NCBI GenBank assembly: GCA_963922705.1
Contig: CAWUJS010000002.1
Span: forward strand, 4,606-68,605
Length of the DNA stretch: 64,000 nucleotides
Reading direction: 5' to 3'
DNA from: an uncultured Alphaproteobacteria bacterium
Lineage (GTDB): Bacteria; Pseudomonadota; Alphaproteobacteria; Micavibrionales; Micavibrionaceae
The notes beneath the pieces were generated by a model that ran no database searches, had not been told where the DNA came from, and was given only the letters and a program-made list of their open reading frames with translations. Positions 1-9,164 of the stretch are shown piece after piece. The position numbers were made by a program, and so were the translations under genes. Positions within the stretch are counted from its first letter, which is position 1. Each line of letters starts with the position of its first letter.

Positions 1-60
1 AATGCTGTCAAAGCTTTGTGGCCCTGTCGGTTGACCAAAGAGGTTCATGAGTTCGTTCAT
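1..60 (-). CDS. rpoC: DNA-directed RNA polymerase subunit beta-prime, first 20 codons only (gene runs off the window start)
   Basis: The reverse complement of 1-60 translates to MNELMNLFGQPTGPQSFDSI, an RpoC-type N-terminus. It starts 43 nt downstream of the rpoB stop, the universal rpoB-rpoC arrangement. Confidence 0.85.
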   Translation of the reverse strand, partial: MNELMNLFGQPTGPQSFDSI

Positions 61-103
61 ATTTTTCTTCCTTTAAAGCGTATTCTTTTCGTTTGCACTA
101 TTT

Positions 104-3100
104 CTATGAGTTCCCACCGGACTGCTTCAAATCAACATTCAGACCCAGAGCCTTCAACTCCTTCGTCAGAACGTTAAAGCTCTCGGGGATACCGATTTCG
201 AAATTGTCTTCACCGCGGACAATGCTCTCATAGACTTTGCTACGACCGGCAACGTCATCGGATTTCACCGTCAACATTTCCTGTAGCGTGTAAGCCGCAC
301 CATAAGCTTGAAGCGCCCACACTTCCATCTCACCAAAGCGCTGACCACCAAATTGAGCTTTACCACCCAATGGCTGCTGCGTGACCAATGAATATGGACC
401 GATCGAACGGGCGTGAATTTTGTCATCAACCAGATGGTGCAGTTTGAGCATATACATATAGCCAACCGTCACAGGGCGGTGGAAATATTCACCCGTACGA
501 CCATCAATAAGTTGCATCTGACCAGAACTTTCCAAACCAGCTTTTTCAAGCAATTCAGAAATATCACCCTCATGCGCACCATCAAAGACAGGCGTTGCCA
601 TCGGCACACCGCCGCGTAAGTTATTGGCCATCTCCAAAAGCTCTTTATCATCAAGCTTGTCAACTTTTTCCGTAAACTCGCGATCACCGTAAGCCTGTTC
701 CAGCTTTTCGATCAGGACTTTTTTCTCGGCCTCTTCCATCGCTTTTCTGGATTTAAAGCCGTCAATAATTTCACCGATTTGTTCACCCATTCTTGCTGAT
801 GCCCAACCAAGATGCGTTTCAAGAATCTGCCCCACATTCATACGTGATGGAACACCGAGCGGGTTCAAAACGATATCAACGGGCGTTCCGTCTTCTGTAT
901 ATGGCATATCTTCTTGTGGAATCACTTTGGAGATAACCCCTTTGTTCCCGTGACGACCCGCCATTTTATCACCGGGCTGCATCTTACGTTTCACAGCGAC
1001 AAAGACTTTGACCATCTTCATCACGCCCGGCATCAGCTCATCACCGCGCTGAAGCTTTTCTACCTTGTTTTCGAAACGCTCTTTAATGCCATCAACCGCG
1101 CCGTCAAATGTCTCGCCCATAGCCTCGATTTCCGCCATGCGCGTATCATCTTCAATCGCAATTTGACGCATCAAGCCGCGCTTTTCGATTGTCTCAAGAT
1201 CAGCTTTTGTGATCTTGTCACCTTTCTTAAAGCCTGTATCTTTCGGCGCTTTTGCAACAATATTGCCATCCAGCATATCTGAAAGACGGCCATAGAAACC
1301 ATCCTCAAGGATCCGGCGCTCATCATCGCGGTCTTTTGCCAGACGCTCGATTTCCTGTGCTTCAATCGAAAGCGCACGCGCATCTTTATCAACGCCCCGG
1401 CGGTTAAAGACACGCACATCAACAACAGTTCCAACAGTCCCAGGCGGGAGGCGAAGCGATGTATCTTTGACATCGGCTGCTTTTTCACCGAAAATCGCGC
1501 GCAGCAATTTTTCTTCCGGTGTCATTGGCGATTCGCCCTTTGGCGTGACCTTACCAACCATAATATCACCCGGCGCAATTTCCGCACCCACATGGACGAT
1601 ACCGGCTTCATCAAGATGTTTCAGCGCTTCTTCACCGACATTGGGGATATCACGTGTGATCTCCTCGGTTCCGAGCTTTGTATCACGTGCCATCACTTCA
1701 AATTCTTCAATATGAATGGATGTGAAAACGTCATCACGCACAATGCGCTCATTGACCAAGATCGAATCCTCAAAATTATATCCATTCCAGGGCATAAACG
1801 CCACGCGAATGTTACGTCCCAGCGCTAACTCACCAAACTGCGTCGATGGGCCATCCGCAATAATATCGCCGCGGCGCACCTTGTCACCCACCTTTACGAG
1901 GGGCTTTTGCGTGATACATGTGCTCTGGTTTGAGCGTTGGAATTTTGCGAGCTTGTAAATATCAACAACCGGCTCACCGGGGTTCAGCTTTTCACTCGCC
2001 TGAACAACAATCCGCGTTGCGTCCACTTTTGTAACCTCACCGGCACGACGCGCAGAAACAGCAGCACCGGAATCCCGGGCAACGGTCGCCTCCATCCCGG
2101 TTCCAACGATCGGTGCATCGGCTTTAACCAAAGGCACAGCCTGACGCATCATGTTTGAACCCATCAAAGCGCGATTCGCATCGTCATTCTCGAGGAAAGG
2201 AATCAAAGATGCCGCAACAGACACCATCTGTTTTGGGGAAACGTCGATGAAATCGATATTGTCAGGTGTCGCCATCAAGTTTTCACCAGCCTCACGACAC
2301 TGCACAAGATCATTGGCAAACGCACCATTCTTATCAAGCTCCGAGTTTGCCTGCGCGATTGTGTAACGCGCCTCTTCCATCGCGGACATGTAGACAACTT
2401 CGTCCGTTACCTTACCATCTTCTACTTTACGATAAGGACTTTCGATAAAGCCGTACTGGTTAACGCGAGCAAATGTTGCGAGAGAGTTTATCAGACCAAT
2501 ATTAGGACCTTCCGGTGTTTCAATCGGACAGATACGACCATAATGTGTTGGATGTACGTCACGCACCTCAAAACCGGCACGCTCACGCGTCAAACCGCCC
2601 GGCCCAAGCGCAGAAAGGCGGCGCTTATGGGTAATCTCGGAAAGCGGGTTTGTCTGATCCATGAACTGCGAGAGCTGAGAGCTTCCGAAAAACTCACGCA
2701 CCGATGCCTGTGCAGGTTTTGAATTGATCAAATCATGCGGCATATAAGTGTCAATCTCAACAGATGACATACGCTCACGAATGGCACGCTCCATGCGCAA
2801 AAGGCCAATGCGAATCTGGTTTTCCATTAACTCACCGACCGAACGCACACGGCGGTTTCCAAGGTTATCAATATCATCAACTTCGCCGCGACCATCTTTC
2901 AGACCATGTAAATATTGCAAAATGGCTAAAATATCCGCCTTTTCAAGAATACGGAATTGATCATCAGCCTGAAGGTCAAGACGCGCATTCATTTTCACGC
3001 GACCAACGGCAGAAAGATCATAACGCTCCGCATCGAAGAAAAGTGACTGGAACAGCGCCTCTGCGGATTCAACCGTTGGCGGCTCACCCGGGCGCATCAC

Positions 3101-4348
3101 GCGGTAAATATCGATCAACGCCTCTTCACGTGTATCACATTTATCAATCAGCATGGTATTACGGACATAAGGCCCAACATTGAGATGATCGATTTTAAGG
3201 ATAGGAAGATCCGCTATATTCAGCTCTTCAATTTTCTCAAGATCTTCTGCTGTAATTTCATGACCCGCATCAAAAATCACAAGCCCTGTTTCAGGATCAA
3301 TAATGTCTGCGCCAAGATACTGCGAGATAAGCTGCTCATTTTGAACAAGAATTTCCTTCAGCCCATCTTCGGTGAATTTCTTGGCCTTGCGCGGTGTAAT
3401 TTTAGTGCCCTCTTCTGCGATCACATTCCCTGTTTTAGCATCCACTAAATCAGCAGTGATCTTCAAACCACGCAAGGATTCGCCATCAAAATCAGTCTTC
3501 CAGCCTTTTTTGTCTTTTTTGTAGAAGACTGTTTCATAAAATGTGCTCAAGATTTCCTCATTAGACATTCCCTGAATAAGCAGTGAATCAATATCAGCAT
3601 CCTGCTCTTCGCATTCTTTACGGTAATCTATAGTCTCGCTAGAATCTAACGCACGCAACAATGTTGTGACTGGCAATTTGCGACGGCGATCAATGCGCAC
3701 ATAAAGATGATCCTTCGCATCAAATTCAAAATCAAGCCATGAGCCGCGATAGGGAATCACACGTGATGAGAAAAGATACTTACCGGATGTATGTGTCTTT
3801 CCGCCATCGTGATCAAAGAAAACACCAGGAGAACGGTGCATTTGCGAGACAATTACACGTTCGGTGCCATTCACAACAAATGTTCCGTTATCAGTCATGA
3901 GCGGCATATCGACCATGTAGACGTCCTGCTCCTTGATATCACGGATAGAACGTAAACCTGTATCCTCATCAACATCAAAAACAGAAAGACGCAATGTGAC
4001 GCGCAGCGGCGCAGCATAGGTCATACCGCGTGTTTGACATTCTTCAACATCATATTTTGGATCTTCAAGTTCGTATTTAACGAAATCAATTTCAGCCTTG
4101 TCGGCAAAATCCTTGATCGGAAATACAGTGGCAAAAACCTCCTCAAGCCCCTGCATTGTACGATCTTCAGAAGAAATGCCGGCCTGCAAAAAGAGCTCAT
4201 AAGATTGACGCTGAACCTCAATCAAATTCGGCATTTGCGCTACTTCTTCAATTTTTCCGAAATTACGGCGCACTTTTTTGCGGCCTGTAAAACTTTCGAT
4301 GCTGTTTGCGGGAGGGATTTGTGTTTCCGGTGAAGCTGTTGCGCCCAT
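104..4348 (-). CDS. rpoB: DNA-directed RNA polymerase subunit beta
   Basis: 1414-aa ORF that reads as RpoB along its whole length (e.g. [55 protein letters not shown]). It lies downstream of rplL. Confidence 0.98.
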   Translation of the reverse strand: MGATASPETQIPPANSIESFTGRKKVRRNFGKIEEVAQMPNLIEVQRQSYELFLQAGISSEDRTMQGLEEVFATVFPIKDFADKAEIDFVKYELEDPKYDVEECQTRGMTYAAPLRVTLRLSVFDVDEDTGLRSIRDIKEQDVYMVDMPLMTDNGTFVVNGTERVIVSQMHRSPGVFFDHDGGKTHTSGKYLFSSRVIPYRGSWLDFEFDAKDHLYVRIDRRRKLPVTTLLRALDSSETIDYRKECEEQDADIDSLLIQGMSNEEILSTFYETVFYKKDKKGWKTDFDGESLRGLKITADLVDAKTGNVIAEEGTKITPRKAKKFTEDGLKEILVQNEQLISQYLGADIIDPETGLVIFDAGHEITAEDLEKIEELNIADLPILKIDHLNVGPYVRNTMLIDKCDTREEALIDIYRVMRPGEPPTVESAEALFQSLFFDAERYDLSAVGRVKMNARLDLQADDQFRILEKADILAILQYLHGLKDGRGEVDDIDNLGNRRVRSVGELMENQIRIGLLRMERAIRERMSSVEIDTYMPHDLINSKPAQASVREFFGSSQLSQFMDQTNPLSEITHKRRLSALGPGGLTRERAGFEVRDVHPTHYGRICPIETPEGPNIGLINSLATFARVNQYGFIESPYRKVEDGKVTDEVVYMSAMEEARYTIAQANSELDKNGAFANDLVQCREAGENLMATPDNIDFIDVSPKQMVSVAASLIPFLENDDANRALMGSNMMRQAVPLVKADAPIVGTGMEATVARDSGAAVSARRAGEVTKVDATRIVVQASEKLNPGEPVVDIYKLAKFQRSNQSTCITQKPLVKVGDKVRRGDIIADGPSTQFGELALGRNIRVAFMPWNGYNFEDSILVNERIVRDDVFTSIHIEEFEVMARDTKLGTEEITRDIPNVGEEALKHLDEAGIVHVGAEIAPGDIMVGKVTPKGESPMTPEEKLLRAIFGEKAADVKDTSLRLPPGTVGTVVDVRVFNRRGVDKDARALSIEAQEIERLAKDRDDERRILEDGFYGRLSDMLDGNIVAKAPKDTGFKKGDKITKADLETIEKRGLMRQIAIEDDTRMAEIEAMGETFDGAVDGIKERFENKVEKLQRGDELMPGVMKMVKVFVAVKRKMQPGDKMAGRHGNKGVISKVIPQEDMPYTEDGTPVDIVLNPLGVPSRMNVGQILETHLGWASARMGEQIGEIIDGFKSRKAMEEAEKKVLIEKLEQAYGDREFTEKVDKLDDKELLEMANNLRGGVPMATPVFDGAHEGDISELLEKAGLESSGQMQLIDGRTGEYFHRPVTVGYMYMLKLHHLVDDKIHARSIGPYSLVTQQPLGGKAQFGGQRFGEMEVWALQAYGAAYTLQEMLTVKSDDVAGRSKVYESIVRGEDNFEIGIPESFNVLTKELKALGLNVDLKQSGGNS

Positions 4349-4654
4349 TTTTTAGTATCCTATCATCAATCATTTTTTGTGGCGCTCGATTATATCTGAC
4401 TCACTTTGTCCAGTATTTTGCTAAACCGAACAACAAAAACCACATCACCCCTTGCCATGATCCGGCTAAAGGTTGAAGTGGTTATCTGCCTGTTTTTACA
4501 AGATTCTTTGCTTTGATACGCAAACAAATTATCTTGTAAATTTCAAACATAAAAACTGACGCCTACGTCTTTTTTGAAAAAGTTTGTCTGCTTATGGACT
4601 AATCTGCAGCTAATGTCAATAGCTTAATTAGATAAAACAAGCCACAAAATGAAT

Positions 4655-4672
4655 TCCCCGCAAAAGCGGGGA
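4655..4672 (-). terminator. rplL-rpoB intergenic hairpin (partial terminator/attenuator candidate)
   Basis: 7-bp GC stem TCCCCGC/GCGGGGA with a 4-nt loop, 76 nt downstream of the rplL stop. On the minus strand it is followed by ATTCATTTTGTGG. This is the position of the classic rplL-rpoB attenuator. Confidence 0.5.
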
Positions 4673-4747
4673 CATTCAATATTATCCTATAGATCCCGGA
4701 TAATGCTTAAACGCTTTTCCAGGATAAAAATCACTTTATAGCGATTT

Positions 4748-5122
4748 TTACTTAAGAGCAACTGTAGCACCAGCTTCTTCAAGCTTCTTCTTTGCTTCTT
4801 CCGCTTCGTCTTTCTTCACGCCTTCTTTCAAAGCACCGCCTTTTTCAGCAAGCTCTTTTGCTTCTTTCAAGCCAAGACCTGTAAGCGCGCGCACTTCTTT
4901 AATCACAGCAATTTTGTTACCGCCAGCGCTTTCAAGAACGATATCAAATTCGTCCTTTTCTTCAGCAGCAGCGCCCTCAGCAGGTGCAGCAGCAACGGCA
5001 ACAGGTGCAGCAGCAGCGGCAGTTACACCCCACTTGTCTTCAAGAAGCTTAGAAAGCTCGGCAGCTTCCAAAACAGAAAGCTCAGAGAGTTGATCAACAA
5101 TTTTTTCCAAATCAGCAGCCAT
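4748..5122 (-). CDS. rplL: 50S ribosomal protein L7/L12
   Basis: 124 aa with an Ala-rich hinge ([19 protein letters not shown]) and a C-terminal [21 protein letters not shown] motif typical of L7/L12. Confidence 0.97.
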   Translation of the reverse strand: MAADLEKIVDQLSELSVLEAAELSKLLEDKWGVTAAAAAPVAVAAAPAEGAAAEEKDEFDIVLESAGGNKIAVIKEVRALTGLGLKEAKELAEKGGALKEGVKKDEAEEAKKKLEEAGATVALK

Positions 5123-5158
5123 TATATTTCTCCTTATTGATTGAATAGCCAGATTTCA

Positions 5159-5677
5159 TTATTCACTTTTGGCGCCATACGCCGCAGTGACACCAACAAG
5201 CTCGCGTGCCGGAGCCTGCATCAGGCCAGCCAGTTTTGTAGCCGGGGCCTGAACCAGACCAACAAGCTTGCTGCGAACTTCATCAAGGCTTGGCAATTTC
5301 GCCAGCGCCTCAATTCCTTGAACATCCAGAACTTGCTCACCAAGAGCACCGCCCAGAATTTTTAAATTATCATTTCCCTTTGCAAATTTATGCGTCACCT
5401 TCGCCGCCGCAACGGGATCAGAAGATGTTGCAATCCCGACAGGGCCGGTGAATAGATCACTAATCCCTTCAAATTTCGTACCTTTGAGAGCAATTTTCAC
5501 AAGATTATTTTTTGTTACTTTAAAGCTCGCGCCTTCCTTACGAAGATCCGCACGCAATTCCTGAAGATCCTTAACCGTCAAACCATCATAATGTGTGACA
5601 ACAACAATCTCGTCATTGGCAAAACGCTCATTTAGCGCAACAACTTCAGCTTTTTTTTGTTCACGGGTCATACCCAT
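5159..5677 (-). CDS. rplJ: 50S ribosomal protein L10
   Basis: 172 aa, L10-like sequence, 36 nt upstream of rplL in the canonical order. Confidence 0.95.
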   Translation of the reverse strand: MGMTREQKKAEVVALNERFANDEIVVVTHYDGLTVKDLQELRADLRKEGASFKVTKNNLVKIALKGTKFEGISDLFTGPVGIATSSDPVAAAKVTHKFAKGNDNLKILGGALGEQVLDVQGIEALAKLPSLDEVRSKLVGLVQAPATKLAGLMQAPARELVGVTAAYGAKSE

Positions 5678-5747
5678 TGGTTTGTTCCTTTTCTAAATTG
5701 TTGTTTTTAAAATTTCTGCTATCCCGTTTTTTCAACATAAAATAGCA

Positions 5748-5789
5748 TCTAAAACAAAAAATGAGCCTTCCAAAATCTGGAAAGCTCAT
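5748..5789 (-). promoter_or_regulatory. terminator-like hairpin plus U-tract in the rplJ 5' leader (attenuator / L10-leader candidate)
   Basis: On the minus strand: ATGAGCTTTCC-AGATTTT-GGAAGGCTCAT (11-bp stem with one G-U pair) followed by TTTTTTGTTTT. It lies 84-112 nt upstream of the rplJ start, and no minus-strand gene sits immediately upstream for it to terminate. Confidence 0.45.
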
Positions 5790-6054
5790 CACATCCGAAA
5801 CAAAGATACGCCACCCTAAAGTGGTTAAGGCGCTTATGTGTCCTTGCTATCTATACGGGTTTATTAAGCCTCTTGACCCCCGCAGTCTCGGATAGATTGA
5901 TACGTTTTAAACACTTTTCGGTGCATACGTCAATAAAAAATTTGCCCCTTTCAAAACATTATACTTTTCATATTAAAAATACACTAGACATGAAAGACTG
6001 AATATATTATACAGTTTCAAAATAAAGTGAAATATAGACAGAGGGATAGGTATC

Positions 6055-6699
6055 ATGCCGTCAATAGAACAAATTCGCGCTGCACGCGCACTACTGGGTT
6101 GGAGCCAACATGATCTTGCTGAAAAAGCAGGTTTGTCACAAACAGGCATTGCTCGAATCGAAAACGGCACAAATAAACCCAATTCAAAGACCATTGAAAA
6201 AATTACAGGATCTTTTGATGCAGCTGACGTTGAATTCATTGATACATCAGGCGTTCGAAAAAGAACAGGACAAGTAAAAGTATTACGTGGACGCGAAGGT
6301 CTAAGACATATGTTTTATGAACTATACGAAGTTGCTAAAGATAGGGGAGGCGATCTTTTATTATTTAACGGCGTACCGTCCAAACTTGCTGACTTGCTGG
6401 GTACAGAATGGTACGAAACACATAAAAATAGAATGGCAGAAGTATCTCACAACTTTCATTACAATATTATTGTTAAAAGAGGTGAAACCAACCTGCCTGC
6501 ACTAGACTATGCAACCTACAAATTCTTTCCGGAAAAACTTTTTCATGAAAAAACAATCTATATTTTAGGCGATATCGTTTACTTTCGTGACCTGGAAGAT
6601 GACAATGTTAAACTCATCCGAATAGATCAACCTGAACTTGCAAAAACGATGAAAGTTTTGTTTGATATTGCCTGGACAGAAGTTGCTGAAAGCACTTAG
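6055..6699 (+). CDS. XRE-family HTH transcriptional regulator with an unrecognised ~140-aa C-terminal domain
   Basis: N-terminal Cro/C1-type HTH (LLGWSQHDLAEKAGLSQTGIARIENG). A GAGGGA Shine-Dalgarno sits about 8 nt upstream of the ATG. Confidence 0.8.
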   Translation: MPSIEQIRAARALLGWSQHDLAEKAGLSQTGIARIENGTNKPNSKTIEKITGSFDAADVEFIDTSGVRKRTGQVKVLRGREGLRHMFYELYEVAKDRGGDLLLFNGVPSKLADLLGTEWYETHKNRMAEVSHNFHYNIIVKRGETNLPALDYATYKFFPEKLFHEKTIYILGDIVYFRDLEDDNVKLIRIDQPELAKTMKVLFDIAWTEVAEST

Positions 6700-6736
6700 G
6701 GTTAGAACCCATTAAACTACAAAAATATATTATGCG

Positions 6737-7957
6737 CTACCTCGGTGAATGCTGGAAACCGTTTGAACTACCATTGCCATTGCCATTCCCATTCCCATTG
6801 CCATTGCCATTGCCATTAGACGCCAACAATTTGTGCTTCACCTCTGGCATAACGCATAATTCGCTTAAAGCAGCATGCCAAAGTCTTTTATGTTCGTGAC
6901 TATAAATTGTTATTCTAGCTCTATTACTAAATATACAAGTATCTTTAGTTTTCTTCAAACCATCAATCGTTAACTTCTCTAATGAAGTAGGGACGCCATT
7001 ACCATCTACTAACTCATGATGAGCAATAACATCACGCGCAATCATTAAATGAGCCTCTAAGCGAACCAACGCATCATGATTATTAACCATTAAGTGATAA
7101 GAGTCATTCCAAACATGACTTTCTAAAAACTTTTGACTGGCTTTGCGCATTTTTTGTGCGCCACGAATAGTAATCAACTCAAACTTAACAGTCTCACCAT
7201 TCCATTTTCCATCCTTCGGTAACTCTAATAATGGCCCAGCTGTAAGTTGAAAATGCTCTGGAACGATTTCCCCTCTTGGGCCATTAGAAGGAAAACCCAA
7301 TAAAGCCGAAACAAAAGGAAAATCCCACGGAACCAATGTCCAGCCATCGCGCACATTAACCTGCGTAGCCCCCTTACCAAGCGCCTGACTCAATATTAAC
7401 TCTTCTTTAATGTCTTGGGCTTCTAACACAGCATTACGAAATTGTGTGTATATTCCAAGTCCTCTATAGCGTAAATCAGTAAATCCAGCTCCAGTTTCAT
7501 AGACTTGTGAAACAGGTGAGGTGTCAGAATCGATCTTACATATACTCTCTAATTTACCTATAATTTTAGGTGAAACTGCCATAGTCGCAATAACTTTATT
7601 ATTACCGTCTACAATAGCATTGAGAATGCCGCTCCGCTTTCTTTCTTCACGCACTTTCTGGGGTATTGGGAAAAGTCCATGTTCTCTGTTTGGGTTATCA
7701 GGGTTAGCAGCCCGGTCTGCTGTAGACCAGTCCAACGTTTCAACAGCATTATCAAGTTCAGGGACATGCCTAAGACTTACATGCTGAAACAACTCACGAA
7801 CACACTCACTATGATTATCACTCCATTTTTGAGGATCATAACCATTGTTACTGGCAAACGCTTTCAATTCAGAGACCGTAGCATCTCTATGAATTGTTGG
7901 TGGCAAATCTATGACGTTACCACTCTGCGCTTTAAATGTAAGCTTAAATACACTCAT
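6737..7957 (-). CDS. hypothetical protein with a GNAT-like acetyltransferase core and a C-terminal (NG)8 tail
   Basis: 406-aa ORF. The central ETGAGFTDLRYRGLGIYTQFRNAVLE resembles the GNAT acetyl-CoA-binding R-x-x-G-x-G segment, and the rest is not recognisable. The SD is weak. Confidence 0.6.
   Translation of the reverse strand: MSVFKLTFKAQSGNVIDLPPTIHRDATVSELKAFASNNGYDPQKWSDNHSECVRELFQHVSLRHVPELDNAVETLDWSTADRAANPDNPNREHGLFPIPQKVREERKRSGILNAIVDGNNKVIATMAVSPKIIGKLESICKIDSDTSPVSQVYETGAGFTDLRYRGLGIYTQFRNAVLEAQDIKEELILSQALGKGATQVNVRDGWTLVPWDFPFVSALLGFPSNGPRGEIVPEHFQLTAGPLLELPKDGKWNGETVKFELITIRGAQKMRKASQKFLESHVWNDSYHLMVNNHDALVRLEAHLMIARDVIAHHELVDGNGVPTSLEKLTIDGLKKTKDTCIFSNRARITIYSHEHKRLWHAALSELCVMPEVKHKLLASNGNGNGNGNGNGNGNGSSNGFQHSPR
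6771..6817 (-). repeat. in-frame hexanucleotide tandem repeat, about 7.8 copies of CCATT[G/C] (coding strand AATGG[C/G] = Asn-Gly)
   Basis: Read directly: ccattg ccattg ccattc ccattc ccattg ccattg ccattg ccatt. It encodes NGNGNGNGNGNGNGNG near the C-terminus of the 406-aa ORF. Confidence 0.95.
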
Positions 7958-8169
7958 TACATAATTCTCAAATTAACTCATATTGTTTTTACAAAACAAA
8001 TCAGAAATTGCAAGCATAAATTTACAATATGCATATATTCAATACTTTAATACTTTAATACTACATTTTCATTTTTATAAACTAACCATAGATTGCAATG
8101 CGCAAATTAATGCATCAAACCTTAAAAAATACAGACTTATATTAAAGCTTAATAACAGGACTTGCCAAA

Positions 8170-8187
8170 ATAGGATATTTATCCTAT
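8170..8187. promoter_or_regulatory. inverted repeat ATAGGATA-TT-TATCCTAT (candidate operator)
   Basis: 8+8 bp perfect arms in the 460-bp AT-rich spacer upstream of the 406-aa ORF. Two copies of the palindrome ATATGCATAT also occur in that spacer, at 8027-8039 and 8260-8272. Confidence 0.3.
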
Positions 8188-8290
8188 AATTACATCTAAT
8201 AAACTTTACCAACTCTACTCAAAATTTAAATATCCTGCATACCATGTGATGCGAATCACATATGCATATATTTTCTCGCCACGTTAAGTG

Positions 8291-8307
8291 GACCCGAAAA
8301 ACGGGTC
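8291..8307. repeat. GC-rich hairpin GACCCG-AAAAA-CGGGTC, first of two related motifs
   Basis: 6-bp perfect stem. It shares the core GACCCGAAAA(A)C(C)GGG with the second motif, whose core begins at 8385. Confidence 0.5.
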
Positions 8308-8389
8308 TATGCGCATTTCACGCGGGAACTAAAGCATTGAAAACTTATAAAGCAGTTATCACAAAAATGCAATTTCCTGGGTCCGACCC

Positions 8390-8409
8390 GAAAACCGGGC
8401 CCGGTTTTC
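8390..8409. repeat. 20-bp perfect palindrome GAAAACCGGGCCCGGTTTTC (hairpin just downstream of the 229-aa ORF)
   Basis: Read directly. It lies 8 nt past the stop of the ORF at 8417-9106. No clear U-tract follows on the minus strand, so it is not a canonical terminator. Confidence 0.5.
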
Positions 8410-8416
8410 AATGCGG

Positions 8417-9106
8417 TCAAAACATATCCTGACCAAGACTATATCGTCGGATTGCATCTCTGATTTTAAGATTCGTTTCACTCAATGTGATCATAAGATT
8501 AAGTGCCCTTTCGGGTATTTCTTCGAATTTAATAACATCCGGCATGACATCATCTTCCAAATCCGCATTAAAAGCAGTCAATTGTATGCGCAAATCCTCA
8601 ATGACACGCTTTTGCTCAGACAAAATACGCGCCAAACCACCATCCATGCTCTCTGCGCTTACCAGATGATCTTCAACTGTTTTAAAACGATCATTGGTCG
8701 CTTCTAAAACGGCGCGCACCTCATTTAACTGGCCAAAATATCCGTTTATCTCATCAATACAGCTTTGAATAGCCTTCTCGCGCATGACTTTATCCTCAAG
8801 CTGTGCAAGATAGCTGGCTTTGACATCATATTTTTGTGTTAAACCGCGTGGCATCTCGATATTCATGATTTCCTCGGAATCACGCTGAATGATATTGCAT
8901 TCCCACATGATAAAATGACGAATATGCGTTGGTAGGCGACCGGGAGACTCGCAGAGACTATAAACATTGCCAGCTTCTATACTATACGGATCATGCGTAC
9001 GGTCTTCTTCAAGCGATAAAAACAGCTGTAACACATAATAAAACATGAAATGCGTTTCAGAGGCGAAACCAAAGTTCTTAAGGACAATCTCTTTATCCGC
9101 AGACAT
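8417..9106 (-). CDS. hypothetical protein (229 aa, C-terminal half coiled-coil-like)
   Basis: Long ORF with an AAAGG SD-like element about 7 nt upstream. No family recognised. It is 58 nt downstream of the next ORFan, so the two are probably co-transcribed. Confidence 0.65.
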   Translation of the reverse strand: MSADKEIVLKNFGFASETHFMFYYVLQLFLSLEEDRTHDPYSIEAGNVYSLCESPGRLPTHIRHFIMWECNIIQRDSEEIMNIEMPRGLTQKYDVKASYLAQLEDKVMREKAIQSCIDEINGYFGQLNEVRAVLEATNDRFKTVEDHLVSAESMDGGLARILSEQKRVIEDLRIQLTAFNADLEDDVMPDVIKFEEIPERALNLMITLSETNLKIRDAIRRYSLGQDMF

Positions 9107-9164
9107 AAAAAACCTTTATTGTTAGCAATTAAATATTTTAGCGCATGTTCCAGCGTTAAAGAAA

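Noticed and set aside
271-4333. About 17 short ORFs (60-139 aa) on both strands inside rpoB.
   Set aside because: All lie within the unmistakable 1414-aa RpoB frame. Their products are low-complexity or Cys/His/Arg-rich, typical of shadow frames. None has an SD or independent support.
6771-6817. The hexamer tandem repeat, considered as a possible CRISPR-like or phase-variation on/off switch.
   Set aside because: There are no spacers, so it is not CRISPR. The 6-nt unit preserves the reading frame, so it cannot act as a frameshift on/off switch, only as a length variant.
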